Shown here: piece by piece, positions 1 through 9,446 of the stretch
Position numbering within the stretch: the stretch's first letter is position 1
Layout: every line of letters begins with the position of its first letter
NCBI GenBank assembly: GCA_050951805.1
Contig: JBMNJT010000002.1
Span: 928,001-992,000 of the forward strand
DNA from: Bacillota bacterium
GTDB lineage: Bacteria; Bacillota; DTU025
Direction: 5' to 3'
Length of the DNA: 64,000 nucleotides
Notes under the pieces: generated by a model
The model's database searches: none
Seen by the model: the letters and a program-made list of their open reading frames with translations, nothing else
Told to the model about the DNA's origin: nothing
Position numbers and translations under genes: made by a program

Positions 1-453
1 GGGCTTGCGGCTGCTTCTTACGGGGAAAGTGTGGCCTACATTGCGTGCGAAGACGAAGCTGTTGTTATGTGCATAGTGGACGTCCTGACCGGAGAAACAG
101 TGAGAAGCAAAGTTGACCGGGAAGTATGGCCTTGGTCGATTGCCTGGGCTCCAGATGGGAAGATGATCGCCTATTGCGTCGGCCAGCGGAATTTAGACAA
201 CGGTCAGGCCGTAAAGGTGATCATTCTCGATCCGCGAGACGGCAGCTGCAGGCACGAAGCGGAGGTTGTGAGCGATCCAAGATACTCTGGTTTGGCATGG
301 AGCCCTGATTCCAGGGCGGTGGCGGTGTCAGCTCGAATAGAGGGCACGGGGCGGTACGGCGTGTACGTGGTTCACTCCGGAGGTGGACTTTTCCAGATGA
401 CAGGGACTGGGAATGTAGTCTTCCCTGACTGGGGAAGGACAGCAGGACAATAG
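1..453 (+). CDS. TolB/PD40-type beta-propeller protein, C-terminal part (5' end outside window)
   Basis: Frame open from base 1; PD40-like repeats IAWAPDGKMIAY and LAWSPDSRAVAV; ends FPDW. Confidence 0.75.
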   Translation, partial: GLAAASYGESVAYIACEDEAVVMCIVDVLTGETVRSKVDREVWPWSIAWAPDGKMIAYCVGQRNLDNGQAVKVIILDPRDGSCRHEAEVVSDPRYSGLAWSPDSRAVAVSARIEGTGRYGVYVVHSGGGLFQMTGTGNVVFPDWGRTAGQ

Positions 454-541
454 CATCTGTGGTGAGGCTGGAAGTTGGAGAAACACAGACGTGCCGTGAG
501 AGTGCCGAGGGAACGGGTGTAGTGGCTACTGGATAGTTAAA

Positions 542-569
542 AGGCGACCGCATTACGTAGCGGTCGCCT
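542..569 (-). terminator. Intrinsic terminator between convergent genes
   Basis: AGGCGACCGC/GCGGTCGCCT 10-bp stem preceded by an A-run (U-tail on minus strand). Confidence 0.65.
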
Positions 570-614
570 CGATCAGTGTGGCTACCGATCGATGCCTGAA
601 TTAGCTCAGTCGTT

Positions 615-848
615 TTAAGAGGCGGAGGTTCCTGGTTCTCCATCCTTGCGGGCTTCTCTTTTGTACTCCTCCGACCGATGATCGGTCGCGTAAAAGCCGG
701 ATCCGTGGAAAGCTATGCCCATTCTAGAGGGGACAAGCCTACGGACCGGGGAGCCGCATTTGGGACACCGCGCAAGGGGTCCTTCACCGACTGCATGCAG
801 AAATTCGAATTTGCCACACTTCTCACAGTTGTACTCGTAGATTGGCAC
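615..848 (-). CDS. FmdB-family zinc-ribbon protein
   Basis: GTG start after GGAGG; PIYEYNCEKCG...CPKCG...FHGSGFYATD signature. Confidence 0.85.
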   Translation of the reverse strand: MPIYEYNCEKCGKFEFLHAVGEGPLARCPKCGSPVRRLVPSRMGIAFHGSGFYATDHRSEEYKREARKDGEPGTSAS

Positions 849-958
849 GGTCTGTCCCTCCCTCGGACGATTGTACATTGTTCTGTTGGATAATTCAATA
901 GCTGCTCGAGCCGCTTACATAAGAGGGGATGGGGACTCTTTCATCATCGGTGGCAAGC

Positions 959-990
959 CAATTCCCCGGAGATTGCGCTCCGGGGAATTG
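959..990. terminator. Perfect 13-bp hairpin downstream of the LysM hydrolase gene
   Basis: CAATTCCCCGGAG/CTCCGGGGAATTG; U-tail weak. Confidence 0.5.
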
Positions 991-1030
991 ATGCGCCATT
1001 ACGTTTGTATGGCACAGATGATTGCGCCCC

Positions 1031-1867
1031 TTACTTGAAGAATACGTGGTCGCCTATTACCCGTGTTACGGTGCGAGAACGCACCCAGTAATTAGAAGTC
1101 TTGGATGGGTTATAAAAGCCCAGAGCCCCATAAGATGGGTCCCATCCGTTAAGGGCTTCTGTTGTTGCGCCTATAGCTGTGGACGAGGGTGTATTATTGA
1201 TCCGTCCGTCCAGCACAGGACTGTACTGGTAATATCGACCATCCACCACCTGGTAGATGACCTCTGGAATAGTGTTGGGATATAGGCCGCTGCTTATTCT
1301 ATTTAGAACAGTGGCTGCAACGGCAACCTGCCCCTCATAGGGTTCGCCCCCTGCTTCTGCGGTAACCAACTGTGCAAGGAGAGTCAGGTCGGATTGGCTC
1401 CAGGCTCCCCTTGAAGGGATAGTCCCGCCGCGATTTGGATCAGGCGATATTGTTGTTCCAGAAGGAATTACCAGTAGTTGCCCGGGGTAGATCCATTCAC
1501 TATAGAGCCCATTGGTAGCCTTTAGGGCGTCTACCGTTGTTCCATATCGCCGCGCTATCAGGAACAGAGAATCTCCGCTTTTCACTGTGTAACTAGTGCC
1601 CGATTGTGCTGGCGGAGTGGTTGAGACACCATTTGGTATTGTCAGTGTTTGCCCAGGGTATATCATGTCGCCTACCAATCCATTTGCTCCACGAATGGCA
1701 CTGACGGTTACGCCGTATCGTTGGGCAATGAAAAACAGTGAATCGCCCGCGACCACTCTGTATACGGTGGCAGCGGATGCCCCGGCAGCGTTTGCGACCA
1801 GGATTAGAGCTGCAAGAAGTGCAACTGTGAAGATGTGTTTGCTGTTGTTGTTTGTTCTGGCGTTCAA
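1031..1867 (-). CDS. Secreted 2xLysM + SleB-type (Hydrolase_2) cell-wall hydrolase
   Basis: Signal peptide; two LysM repeats (YxVxxGDSLFxIAxRYG); AEAGGEPYEGQVAVAATVLNR; IGDHVF. Confidence 0.9.
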   Translation of the reverse strand: MNARTNNNSKHIFTVALLAALILVANAAGASAATVYRVVAGDSLFFIAQRYGVTVSAIRGANGLVGDMIYPGQTLTIPNGVSTTPPAQSGTSYTVKSGDSLFLIARRYGTTVDALKATNGLYSEWIYPGQLLVIPSGTTISPDPNRGGTIPSRGAWSQSDLTLLAQLVTAEAGGEPYEGQVAVAATVLNRISSGLYPNTIPEVIYQVVDGRYYQYSPVLDGRINNTPSSTAIGATTEALNGWDPSYGALGFYNPSKTSNYWVRSRTVTRVIGDHVFFK

Positions 1868-2064
1868 TAGTTGTAACTCCTTTCTCTGATAAACCTGGTT
1901 TGGAAGGGGGCGATCTTCCAGACTAACGATGTATTCGTCAAAGAAAGGGGAATTTCCCGTTGGGAAGTGATGGGAAAAGCGACTTGGTGCGACATTGACA
2001 ATGTTGCATTTCAGTGAAATAGTTGGCGTACAGCCACTTTCATGGACAAAGGATGGTGCTGGAA

Positions 2065-2883
2065 ATGGCGTACAAGGCGCCTGCGGAAATAGCGAAGACT
2101 GTTGTCGACTCTTCAGTGACCAAAGCGAACGCAGATTTTGTAACCCTGGTGGCGCTGGGATTTCTTGCTGGAAGTTTCATAGCGATAGCTGGGGCGACAT
2201 CCCATACTGTCTCTTTGGCTCTCGGGCCCTGGGCCGGACCGGGAATAATTCGCTTCATATCAGGCCTCATATTCACAGTTGGGATAACAATGGTCATAAT
2301 AGGTGGAGCTGAACTTTTCACCGGGAACTCGCTGATGGTTGCAGGGCTTTTGGAAGGGCGCATTACCATTGTTCAACTCCTCCGAAACTGGGTCCTAGTC
2401 TACCTGAGCAATTTCGTTGGCGCCCTCTTTGTTGCATGGCTCTATTACAAGACAGAACTTTGGGCTGCTCCGGGACTGGAAATCGCCGAAGGCTTTGTTA
2501 ACACAGCCATAGCAAAGGCCAACATTGAATTTGGAACGGGGTTTGCAAGGGGAATCCTATGCAATTGGCTGGTATGTATGGGTGTTTGGATGTCCTATGC
2601 TGCTGACGATGTGACCGGCAGAGTCATACCAACGGCGATGGCAGTTGCCGCTTTCGTGATGTGTGGCGCTGAGCATTCGGTGGCGAACATGTTCTACATG
2701 CCGGTAGGTTTCATGATTCGCGCGCGTATCAGTGGATTGCCTGCCCTCTCCATGTTGCCAAATCTGGTTTCTGTGACATTGGGGAACGTAGTGGGAGGAG
2801 GCTTATTGGTTGCGACTGTGTACTGGGTTGCATACCTTCGTAAGAGCTCATCGCCTAAACGTGTAAGCCCTGGCCGGAACTGA
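2065..2883 (+). CDS. Formate/nitrite transporter (FNT family)
   Basis: GAELFTGN, GILCNWLVC, EHSVANM and GNVVGG motifs; hydrophobic. Confidence 0.9.
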   Translation: MAYKAPAEIAKTVVDSSVTKANADFVTLVALGFLAGSFIAIAGATSHTVSLALGPWAGPGIIRFISGLIFTVGITMVIIGGAELFTGNSLMVAGLLEGRITIVQLLRNWVLVYLSNFVGALFVAWLYYKTELWAAPGLEIAEGFVNTAIAKANIEFGTGFARGILCNWLVCMGVWMSYAADDVTGRVIPTAMAVAAFVMCGAEHSVANMFYMPVGFMIRARISGLPALSMLPNLVSVTLGNVVGGGLLVATVYWVAYLRKSSSPKRVSPGRN

Positions 2884-2890
2884 GGCAATG

Positions 2891-2927
2891 AGACGGCGTC
2901 CGGCCAGAGCGACCGGGCGCCGTCTTT
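2891..2927 (+). terminator. Intrinsic terminator of the FNT gene; target site of the group II intron
   Basis: AGACGGCGTCCGG/CCGGGCGCCGTCT stem (one G-U) ending in TTT, directly abutting the intron 5' end. Confidence 0.75.
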
Positions 2928-3792
2928 GTTCGCCCGGCATGTTTGTTGAGCCGATGGACTGAAAGAAGTCCTGTCACCTAACCAGCGGGAAGACAACCCC
3001 AAGGCAAGGGCGTCGCTGGTAACGGCGGGGTCTGAAGGAAGCTTTAAGGGGGAACACGGAACGTAGCGAAAGCGAACCGAAGTTGGCCTGTCAGGTGGGT
3101 AACCTTGCGAAGTATGGGAAAGCCCGAAAGCTGGATAACCTGGGGGGTTTTGACGGACGGGTTCGTGTTCAGGCAGACAAACTTAACCGGGGAAGCCCTG
3201 CATCATCCAGATAGCTGGTAAGCCCAAACAAGCGGAGACGCAAGGATGGGAATATGTGGTGTGGGGTGGCAGATGAGTCCGTAGTAGTTATGAACCCTCA
3301 GCCCATGAAAGCTGGCAACAGACCGGAGGATAAAACTGAGGGGACAGCGGCCGGGAGCTGCTGGGCTGCATAGGCCAAAAGCCTGTGCAGTTGCGAAGGG
3401 ACGAAGGCAAACCAAAGCGTGCAACCTAGTTACAGGCAAGCATGGGAGAGAGATAACAGAGGCTGAAATGCCGATGGGAACGGGGGAGCCGGGGGCGACG
3501 AGTCTGCTGGTCCCTGCGCCCGCTCAGCAGAGTATCAAAGTTTCGCGGGGTAGATTGCCTTAGAGCTAGAGACGCCTCGCAGGCCTTGGGAAGAAACTGC
3601 AACCATGCAAGCTTGATGGCCAAGGAAGCACGGCGAGATGAATTGACCTCACGAAGTATGAGGTCGGCGTCTTGCATCTCTTCTATGAAGCGAAGTGACT
3701 AAGGTTTGCCAGGAGCCGTGTACGGGGCCCGTACGCACGGTTCTGTGAGAGGGATGACGCCAGGCTGATTACCTGGCGCCACCCTACTCGAT
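2928..3792 (+). mobile_element. ORF-less group II intron, IIC-like
   Basis: 5' GTTCGCCCGGCATG; DI motif GCAAGGGCGTC...GTCTGAAGGAAGC; DI/DII junction CTTAACCGGGGAAGCCCTG; DV GAGCCGTGTACGGGGCCCGTACGCACGGTTC (3713-3743); DVI with bulged A3786; 3' end CTACTCGAT; no RT ORF. Confidence 0.88.
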
Positions 3793-3820
3793 ACGTGCCG
3801 GCGCTTGCGTGGGCAAGCTT

Positions 3821-4156
3821 TTATGATTTCGGCACGTTAAGGTTTGTCTGAGTCGTGTAGGTTGATGTGGGTTCTGTTGGGAAGGTGCCAGAAACTTGGG
3901 GCCTCAGAGCCTGTGCGAAACTGGCCTGAGTGCCGGCGACGGTTTGACTAATGAGGCTCTGCTCCGCCGCTGCGATCATGTGCTTAACCATCTGGCCGCC
4001 GATCCTTCCGGCCTCGCGGGCGGGAATGTCTCCGAGATACCCGCCATAAGCGTTATAATCGACCCCCACCTGACTGGCTATCTCATATTTCATCTGGTCA
4101 AGAGCCTGACGAGCCTGTGGGTTGAGAATCCTATTGCTTCTGCTCTGTCTCGCCAT
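3821..4156 (-). CDS. Alpha/beta-type small acid-soluble spore protein with C-terminal extension
   Basis: ALDQMKYEIASQVG...REAGRIGGQMVKHMIAAAEQ core followed by about 45 extra residues. Confidence 0.88.
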   Translation of the reverse strand: MARQSRSNRILNPQARQALDQMKYEIASQVGVDYNAYGGYLGDIPAREAGRIGGQMVKHMIAAAEQSLISQTVAGTQASFAQALRPQVSGTFPTEPTSTYTTQTNLNVPKS

Positions 4157-4207
4157 AAAATACTTCTCCCTTCTCACGCGTATTCTTGCTGCATGCGACT
4201 GCGTTTC

Positions 4208-4236
4208 TAGTGTGACCGTCGTTGTCGAACGTATAC
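4208..4236 (-). promoter_or_regulatory. SigG/SigF-type forespore promoter for the SASP gene
   Basis: Minus strand GTATA-N14-GGTCACACTA (17 nt to CACACTA). Confidence 0.6.
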
Positions 4237-4426
4237 TAGAACTTTACGTCACATGAGGAACTCACATTTTGCTCGAGCGAAGTTGGCGAGCGGAGAGAAT
4301 AAGATCCAGAATGCGGGCAACCATTCTACAGCAAGAACGGCTTGTATCAATGTGATGCCTACGCTACTAGAAACCTATTTTGTTCCAACTAAGCTCTAGG
4401 GTGGGCATCCTGCTGTCTTTGAAAAA

Positions 4427-5080
4427 TTATGGAACTGAATTGCATAAAACATGTGGCTGCCATTTCTCTGAAAGAACCCCCAGAACGGCGCGGCATGGAG
4501 ATCCGTCGGCTCCCTTAAGACGCAGGGGTAGTGCAAGGAGGACGTATGGACCGGGTGCCACTTTTTGCAGATCTATTCCTTCAAGGATTGCCACGCCCGC
4601 GTCCAGCAGAGTTTTGTGAACACGACCGTCTCCATCGGTTTGCTCGATTGACATCTCTTCCGTTCCTACCAGTTTTACTCCGGATTCGACGAGGAATCTG
4701 GCTCCCTCGTGGTTCAAGTATGCTGCTTGTTGCCAGGAATCGTGCGACGTCTTCAGGAGCAGTCGCGGAGGATACTCTTCAGGCAGATGAATCTCTAGAG
4801 CAGCTTGATCGATCGGTCCGTGCATGTTTGTGAGGTCGATTACAAGACACGGCCCGATAGTAGCAGAAAGGGGAACTTCATCGATCCCCATAGCTCCTTC
4901 GATGAAGTGGGCAGGGGCGTCTATGTGAGTTCCTGAGTGTGTCCCCAGACGCAGTTCCATGACTTGGGCGCCATTGCTGGATACAGATGAGACATATCCG
5001 AATTGGACCTCTGGGTCGCCCGGCCAGACTTCTATGCCAGTGAAAAGCTCCCTAGATATATCGATGAATTGCTTGAACAT
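4427..5080 (-). CDS. Cyclase-family metal hydrolase (kynurenine formamidase-like)
   Basis: VWPGDP, HSGTHIDAPAHF, VHKTLL..ILE, DGSPCRA motifs. Confidence 0.88.
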   Translation of the reverse strand: MFKQFIDISRELFTGIEVWPGDPEVQFGYVSSVSSNGAQVMELRLGTHSGTHIDAPAHFIEGAMGIDEVPLSATIGPCLVIDLTNMHGPIDQAALEIHLPEEYPPRLLLKTSHDSWQQAAYLNHEGARFLVESGVKLVGTEEMSIEQTDGDGRVHKTLLDAGVAILEGIDLQKVAPGPYVLLALPLRLKGADGSPCRAVLGVLSEKWQPHVLCNSVP

Positions 5081-5333
5081 CCAATCGCCCCCAAGCGATG
5101 ATCGCATTTTGGATATGTGTGTTAATCGGTACTTCTGCATATTGATGTCTCTCCCTCTGATATTAAGCAAGAAGATTTGCTCTTGCGCGCCCCTGGATAT
5201 CGAAAAGGTTGGAAAAAGCGCGTGCCACAGCTGACCTGTTGTACAGTGTGTCCCATAGCCGAAAGACTCGTCAGATTGTGTGGAGTATCAATGCGCTTTC
5301 TCCCAGAATATTCTGCGTGTGGGGGCGACAATT

Positions 5334-5552
5334 ATGGAAGCTGTATCTAGCCTTTTTGCTTCAGGGAATTTTCCGGTCCGCTTTTTGCGATGCACGGACG
5401 CTGGTGAAGGCCGTCCTCGTCTTGTTTTCGAGCTCACGAAATTGACCAACATAGAGGAAACGGTGTGTCTGGCGCGGAATATGGCGAGTATGGCAGTAAG
5501 CTCCCAAGTTTTCCCACAAGGTTTTTCTTTGGAGATCGTATTTCCGACATAA
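5334..5552 (+). CDS. Small hypothetical protein (72 aa)
   Basis: GGGGG RBS then ATG; fills an intergenic gap; no motif recognised. Confidence 0.45.
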   Translation: MEAVSSLFASGNFPVRFLRCTDAGEGRPRLVFELTKLTNIEETVCLARNMASMAVSSQVFPQGFSLEIVFPT

Positions 5553-5739
5553 ACCGACGACGCATCAGTTGATATTGGAGAAGCTAAGGGCTATGATAAC
5601 TTAATGAAGGAATCCAAGGGTGATTTGGGTAATTGCTGATATTGGAGCACTATACAGTATCTTGTCACCCAATACATAGTAGGTTATAGTAAAAGCAATG
5701 GACTTGCCTCTATCTGAGGAATTACTGGAGGGAACTTGC

Positions 5740-6111
5740 TTGCAGGTTCTATTTGTTGTCTTGAATGATACGACGCTCCTGGATGACCTTTTTTCGGCTT
5801 TCGTCAGGGCAGGTATAACAGGGGCTACTTGCATAGAAAGCGTGGGAATGGGTCGTACTTTGTCTGAAATCGACAACTCATCAATACCTATCTTTGCTGC
5901 CCTTAGGCACCACCTGAACGAAAGCAGGCCATATAACCGCACTATCTTTGCTCTGTTGCCTGATGATAAGGTGGACGAGGCAATTTCAGCTGTGGAAAGT
6001 GTTGTCGGAGATCTTAGCATGCCTGGCGCTGGAGTCCTTTTCACAGTGCCTGTTGGAAAGGTTGTTGGATTTCCTAAGCGTCATTCGAGCCTTGACGAAC
6101 TCGGGAAATAA
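5740..6111 (+). CDS. PII-like (GlnB superfamily) protein
   Basis: TTG start after GGAGG; AGITGATCIESVGMGR and PGAGVLFTVPV..VVG. Confidence 0.75.
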   Translation: MQVLFVVLNDTTLLDDLFSAFVRAGITGATCIESVGMGRTLSEIDNSSIPIFAALRHHLNESRPYNRTIFALLPDDKVDEAISAVESVVGDLSMPGAGVLFTVPVGKVVGFPKRHSSLDELGK

Positions 6112-6138
6112 GGTCCCTAGCTGGCGGAGAGGTTTGAT

Positions 6139-7323
6139 ATGAATAGCGTTCTTGCGATTAGTCTTCTCATGTTGAGCGGCGTTGTGGCCGGGCGGGTGGT
6201 TGTCGGCTGGGGCCTATCTTCGGTGGTGGGCTACCTTATCGCCGGTATTGCCATAGGGCAGATATGGCCTAGCATTGTGGAGGTGATCACCCCTGTTGGA
6301 GTATCATTCGCTGCTGAGGTTGGGTTGGCCCTTATTGCTTTTGTTGTCGGTGGCGAGCTTGAGGCAGACAGGGTTCGTTCGCTTCCTCGCGGTGTAGTTG
6401 GAATAGCTTTCATGCAGGCCATTGGCTGCATATTGGCTGTGGTGACGGCATGTATGTGGCTCGATCAGCCATTAGGCTTTGGCTTGGTTCTAGGCGCCAT
6501 CGCAGCAGCAACTGCACCTTCAACCACCATAATGATCACCAGGAAATACAGGAGCGACGGTCCTCTCACAAATGCTCTGCTTTCGGTCGTTGCCATTGAC
6601 GATGCTGTATGCATCCTTCTCTACGCAATCGCGGTTGCGGTTGCTAGGGCGCTTCCTGACGGGATTATGTCGCAATCTCCATCTGGGGTTTTCGGCGTGT
6701 TTCTGTGGGAACTGCTTGGAGCGGTGCTCGTAGGCGTAGTTGTTGGCATTGCGATGGGATTCTTCATTAAATACGTAAGAGGCGCGGACGAGCTCGTGGT
6801 CGTTGTGGTCGGTGCAGTGTTGCTGGCGGCGGGACTGGCAAGCAGGATGCATGTATCGCCACTGATCAGTTCGCTTGTTCTTGGGGCAACAGTATCTAAC
6901 CTGGTGGTTGGGAGCAGGCGGTTGTTTGCGTCGGCAGACAGGTTCTCACCCCCCATATATGTGACGCTGTTTTGCCTTGCGGGGGTGGGATGCAGTTTCA
7001 ACGCGCTCTCTTCTTCACTCGGGCTTTTCACCGCATATGTAATTGCCCGCGTGGCAGGGAAGGTGATCGGAGCTGGGATCGCTTCAGGGTTGGCCGGGGT
7101 TGGGAGACAGATAGGAAGTAATATCGGGCTGTCATTGCTTCCCCAGGCTGGGCTCGCTGCGGGCTTGACTGTTGCCGCAGGAGTTGCCCTCCCTGATCAC
7201 TATCAAATGCTTGCCTCCATAATAGTTCCGGGAATGTTGTTTTTTGAGGCCGTAGGTCCTCCTCTTGTTGCAAGGTCTTTGAGGATTGCCGGTGAAATCC
7301 ATACTGGCGAGTCTTCCGCATAA
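6139..7323 (+). CDS. Cation:proton antiporter (CPA2 family)
   Basis: Multi-TM; IAFVVGGEL, AAATAP, VVAIDDA, LLPQAG motifs. Confidence 0.88.
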   Translation: MNSVLAISLLMLSGVVAGRVVVGWGLSSVVGYLIAGIAIGQIWPSIVEVITPVGVSFAAEVGLALIAFVVGGELEADRVRSLPRGVVGIAFMQAIGCILAVVTACMWLDQPLGFGLVLGAIAAATAPSTTIMITRKYRSDGPLTNALLSVVAIDDAVCILLYAIAVAVARALPDGIMSQSPSGVFGVFLWELLGAVLVGVVVGIAMGFFIKYVRGADELVVVVVGAVLLAAGLASRMHVSPLISSLVLGATVSNLVVGSRRLFASADRFSPPIYVTLFCLAGVGCSFNALSSSLGLFTAYVIARVAGKVIGAGIASGLAGVGRQIGSNIGLSLLPQAGLAAGLTVAAGVALPDHYQMLASIIVPGMLFFEAVGPPLVARSLRIAGEIHTGESSA

Positions 7324-7364
7324 GGTGTTTAGTGCTTCTAAGGGTTAGTGAGTGGTGGTGTCAT

Positions 7365-9446
7365 ATGCCAGGACAGAATGCTCTGAATAGAGCCGCTGAA
7401 TCTGCTGACCGCGCGCAACCCTCGCTTGACGAAAAAGGGGTTGCGCGATTCACAAATGTAGGGGCGCTATTGCTCAGAATTGTAGTGATAGTAACATGCA
7501 TCATGTTCTTGCTAAGAACTCTGTCGATCCAACCAGCAATTATCATAACCATTGTGCCTGCAATAGCGACGGTCGCTGGTTTCAATTCTATAGGCGGCAA
7601 ACACGGGTATTATGTGGCAAGTATTCTTGCCACACTATTCGATCTTATTCTGATTTCCGCTACTGTCTTTGCAACAGGCGGCATTGACAGCGAGGCTTTC
7701 CTTCTGTATTTTCTCGAGATTGTGGTTTTGTCTCTCAATATCGGTTCTGCGCGATGCGTAGCAGCGGGGATGGGCTGTGCGGGCCTTTACTCGGTGGCCA
7801 CATGGGCTTCATGGGCCAACACGCCCGAGACCAGCTGGATTCTTCTGTACAGGTGTGGCCTTTTCATGCTTGTCGGCTGTGGCGTAGGGCGGCTTTCCAA
7901 GGCCTATCAGGCCTCATTGGAGATGGTGGCTGTGGAGCATGAGAGGGCACGCAAGCGGGACCTCTGGGATCGCACTTTGGCTAATCTTGCCCGGGCAATC
8001 AATTCAGGGCTGGACCTGCATGCCGTGTTGGAAGTGGTGGTCGATGGTGGCCTCGATGTTCTCGAAGCTGAGGCTGGGATGATCGCTGTTGTTGACAAGC
8101 AGGGTCGAACCGTGGCAGAAGCTTGTCGCGCTCTGCCTCCAGATTTTTGCGGCTCTGTGCTCGAACCAGGGCGGGGTGCAATTGGACTCGCCATTGAGTC
8201 TCGGAAGACTGTTGGCATATTGGATTATCAGAAGTTCGATAGAGCTCTGCCTGAAGTACGCGACATGGGGCTTGCCTCTGTTGTGGCTGCTCCGATATTG
8301 ATGGGCTCAGATGTGATTGGCGGTCTAGCGTTTGGCCATACCGTGCTGGGTATGACCTGCACCGAAGAGGAATGCGAGTTTCTGGAGATTCTGGCCAGGC
8401 AGTTGGGCGTTGTTCTGGGAAACGCGCGTTTCTTGGAGGAAGCCAGGCGGAGGGCGGATTACCTGTCCACAATCAATGAGATATCAAAGAGCTTCGCTTC
8501 GGTATTAGAGCCCGAGGTTCTCTTCGAGAAGATCTATCGTGAAGTGCGCCGCATTGTTCCTATGGAAGCGTTCTTCGTAGCCATATATGTTCCTCAGAGG
8601 CGAGAAGTAGAGATAGTTTTCTTGGTGGACGACGGAAAGCGGTGTCCGCCTACGCGTTTCAAGTTGGATGAAGGACCTACTTCGAGAGTCATAATGTCTG
8701 GGCAGCCATTCGTCATTCAGCTGGAGGATGAGGATGACATCGAGGACGCCAAATGGATGGGACACAAACCTGACCCGACGCGATCCGGGATTATTGTGCC
8801 TATGAGGGTAGGGCCACACGTTATAGGCGCTTTATCTGCGCAAAGCTACACGCCGGATGCGTACGGTGAAGAGGAGATAGAGCTCCTCACCACGATTGCG
8901 GCGAGCGCCGCAATAGCTTTAGAAAACGCACGGCTTTACCAAACGGCGCGCGAGCTTTCGCTCACCGATGACCTTACCGATCTTGGGAACTACAGGTTTT
9001 TCTGCAATGCATTGGAAAGAGAGATCGAGAGAGCTAAACGTAATGGGGGTCCGTTGTCCCTGGTAATGATGGACTCTGACAGCCTGAAGTACATAAACGA
9101 TAGGTATGGACACGCCATTGGCGACATGCACTTGATACACCTGGCTGAAACGATGAAGGCAATATCGCGCAAGTCTGATATTCTGGCGAGATATGCGGGC
9201 GATGAGTTCATGATAATACTCCCCAATACCAAGAAGGAAGATGCTAGTGTAATGGCCGAACGCCTTCGGACGCGGATCGAGAATTCGCCGCTGTCTGTTG
9301 ACGGGTCGCCGGTGGTTGCAACTGTGAGCGTTGGGGTCGCTTCTTACCCGGAGGCGGGATCCACTGTGGACGAGCTTGTCAGCGCTGCGGATGCCGCCAT
9401 GTACACGGCGAAACGGCAGGGGAAGAACAGGGTAGTCTGTGTCTGA
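7365..9446 (+). CDS. Membrane sensor-GAF-GAF diguanylate cyclase, copy 1 (693 aa)
   Basis: N-terminal TM segments, two GAF-like domains, TDDLTDLGN, KYINDRYGHAIGD, RKSD I-site, RYAGDEF. Confidence 0.88.
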   Translation: MPGQNALNRAAESADRAQPSLDEKGVARFTNVGALLLRIVVIVTCIMFLLRTLSIQPAIIITIVPAIATVAGFNSIGGKHGYYVASILATLFDLILISATVFATGGIDSEAFLLYFLEIVVLSLNIGSARCVAAGMGCAGLYSVATWASWANTPETSWILLYRCGLFMLVGCGVGRLSKAYQASLEMVAVEHERARKRDLWDRTLANLARAINSGLDLHAVLEVVVDGGLDVLEAEAGMIAVVDKQGRTVAEACRALPPDFCGSVLEPGRGAIGLAIESRKTVGILDYQKFDRALPEVRDMGLASVVAAPILMGSDVIGGLAFGHTVLGMTCTEEECEFLEILARQLGVVLGNARFLEEARRRADYLSTINEISKSFASVLEPEVLFEKIYREVRRIVPMEAFFVAIYVPQRREVEIVFLVDDGKRCPPTRFKLDEGPTSRVIMSGQPFVIQLEDEDDIEDAKWMGHKPDPTRSGIIVPMRVGPHVIGALSAQSYTPDAYGEEEIELLTTIAASAAIALENARLYQTARELSLTDDLTDLGNYRFFCNALEREIERAKRNGGPLSLVMMDSDSLKYINDRYGHAIGDMHLIHLAETMKAISRKSDILARYAGDEFMIILPNTKKEDASVMAERLRTRIENSPLSVDGSPVVATVSVGVASYPEAGSTVDELVSAADAAMYTAKRQGKNRVVCV

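Noticed and set aside
3203-3677. Minus-strand ORFs inside the intron as an intron-encoded protein
   Set aside because: Antisense to the ribozyme, short, and without RT or maturase motifs
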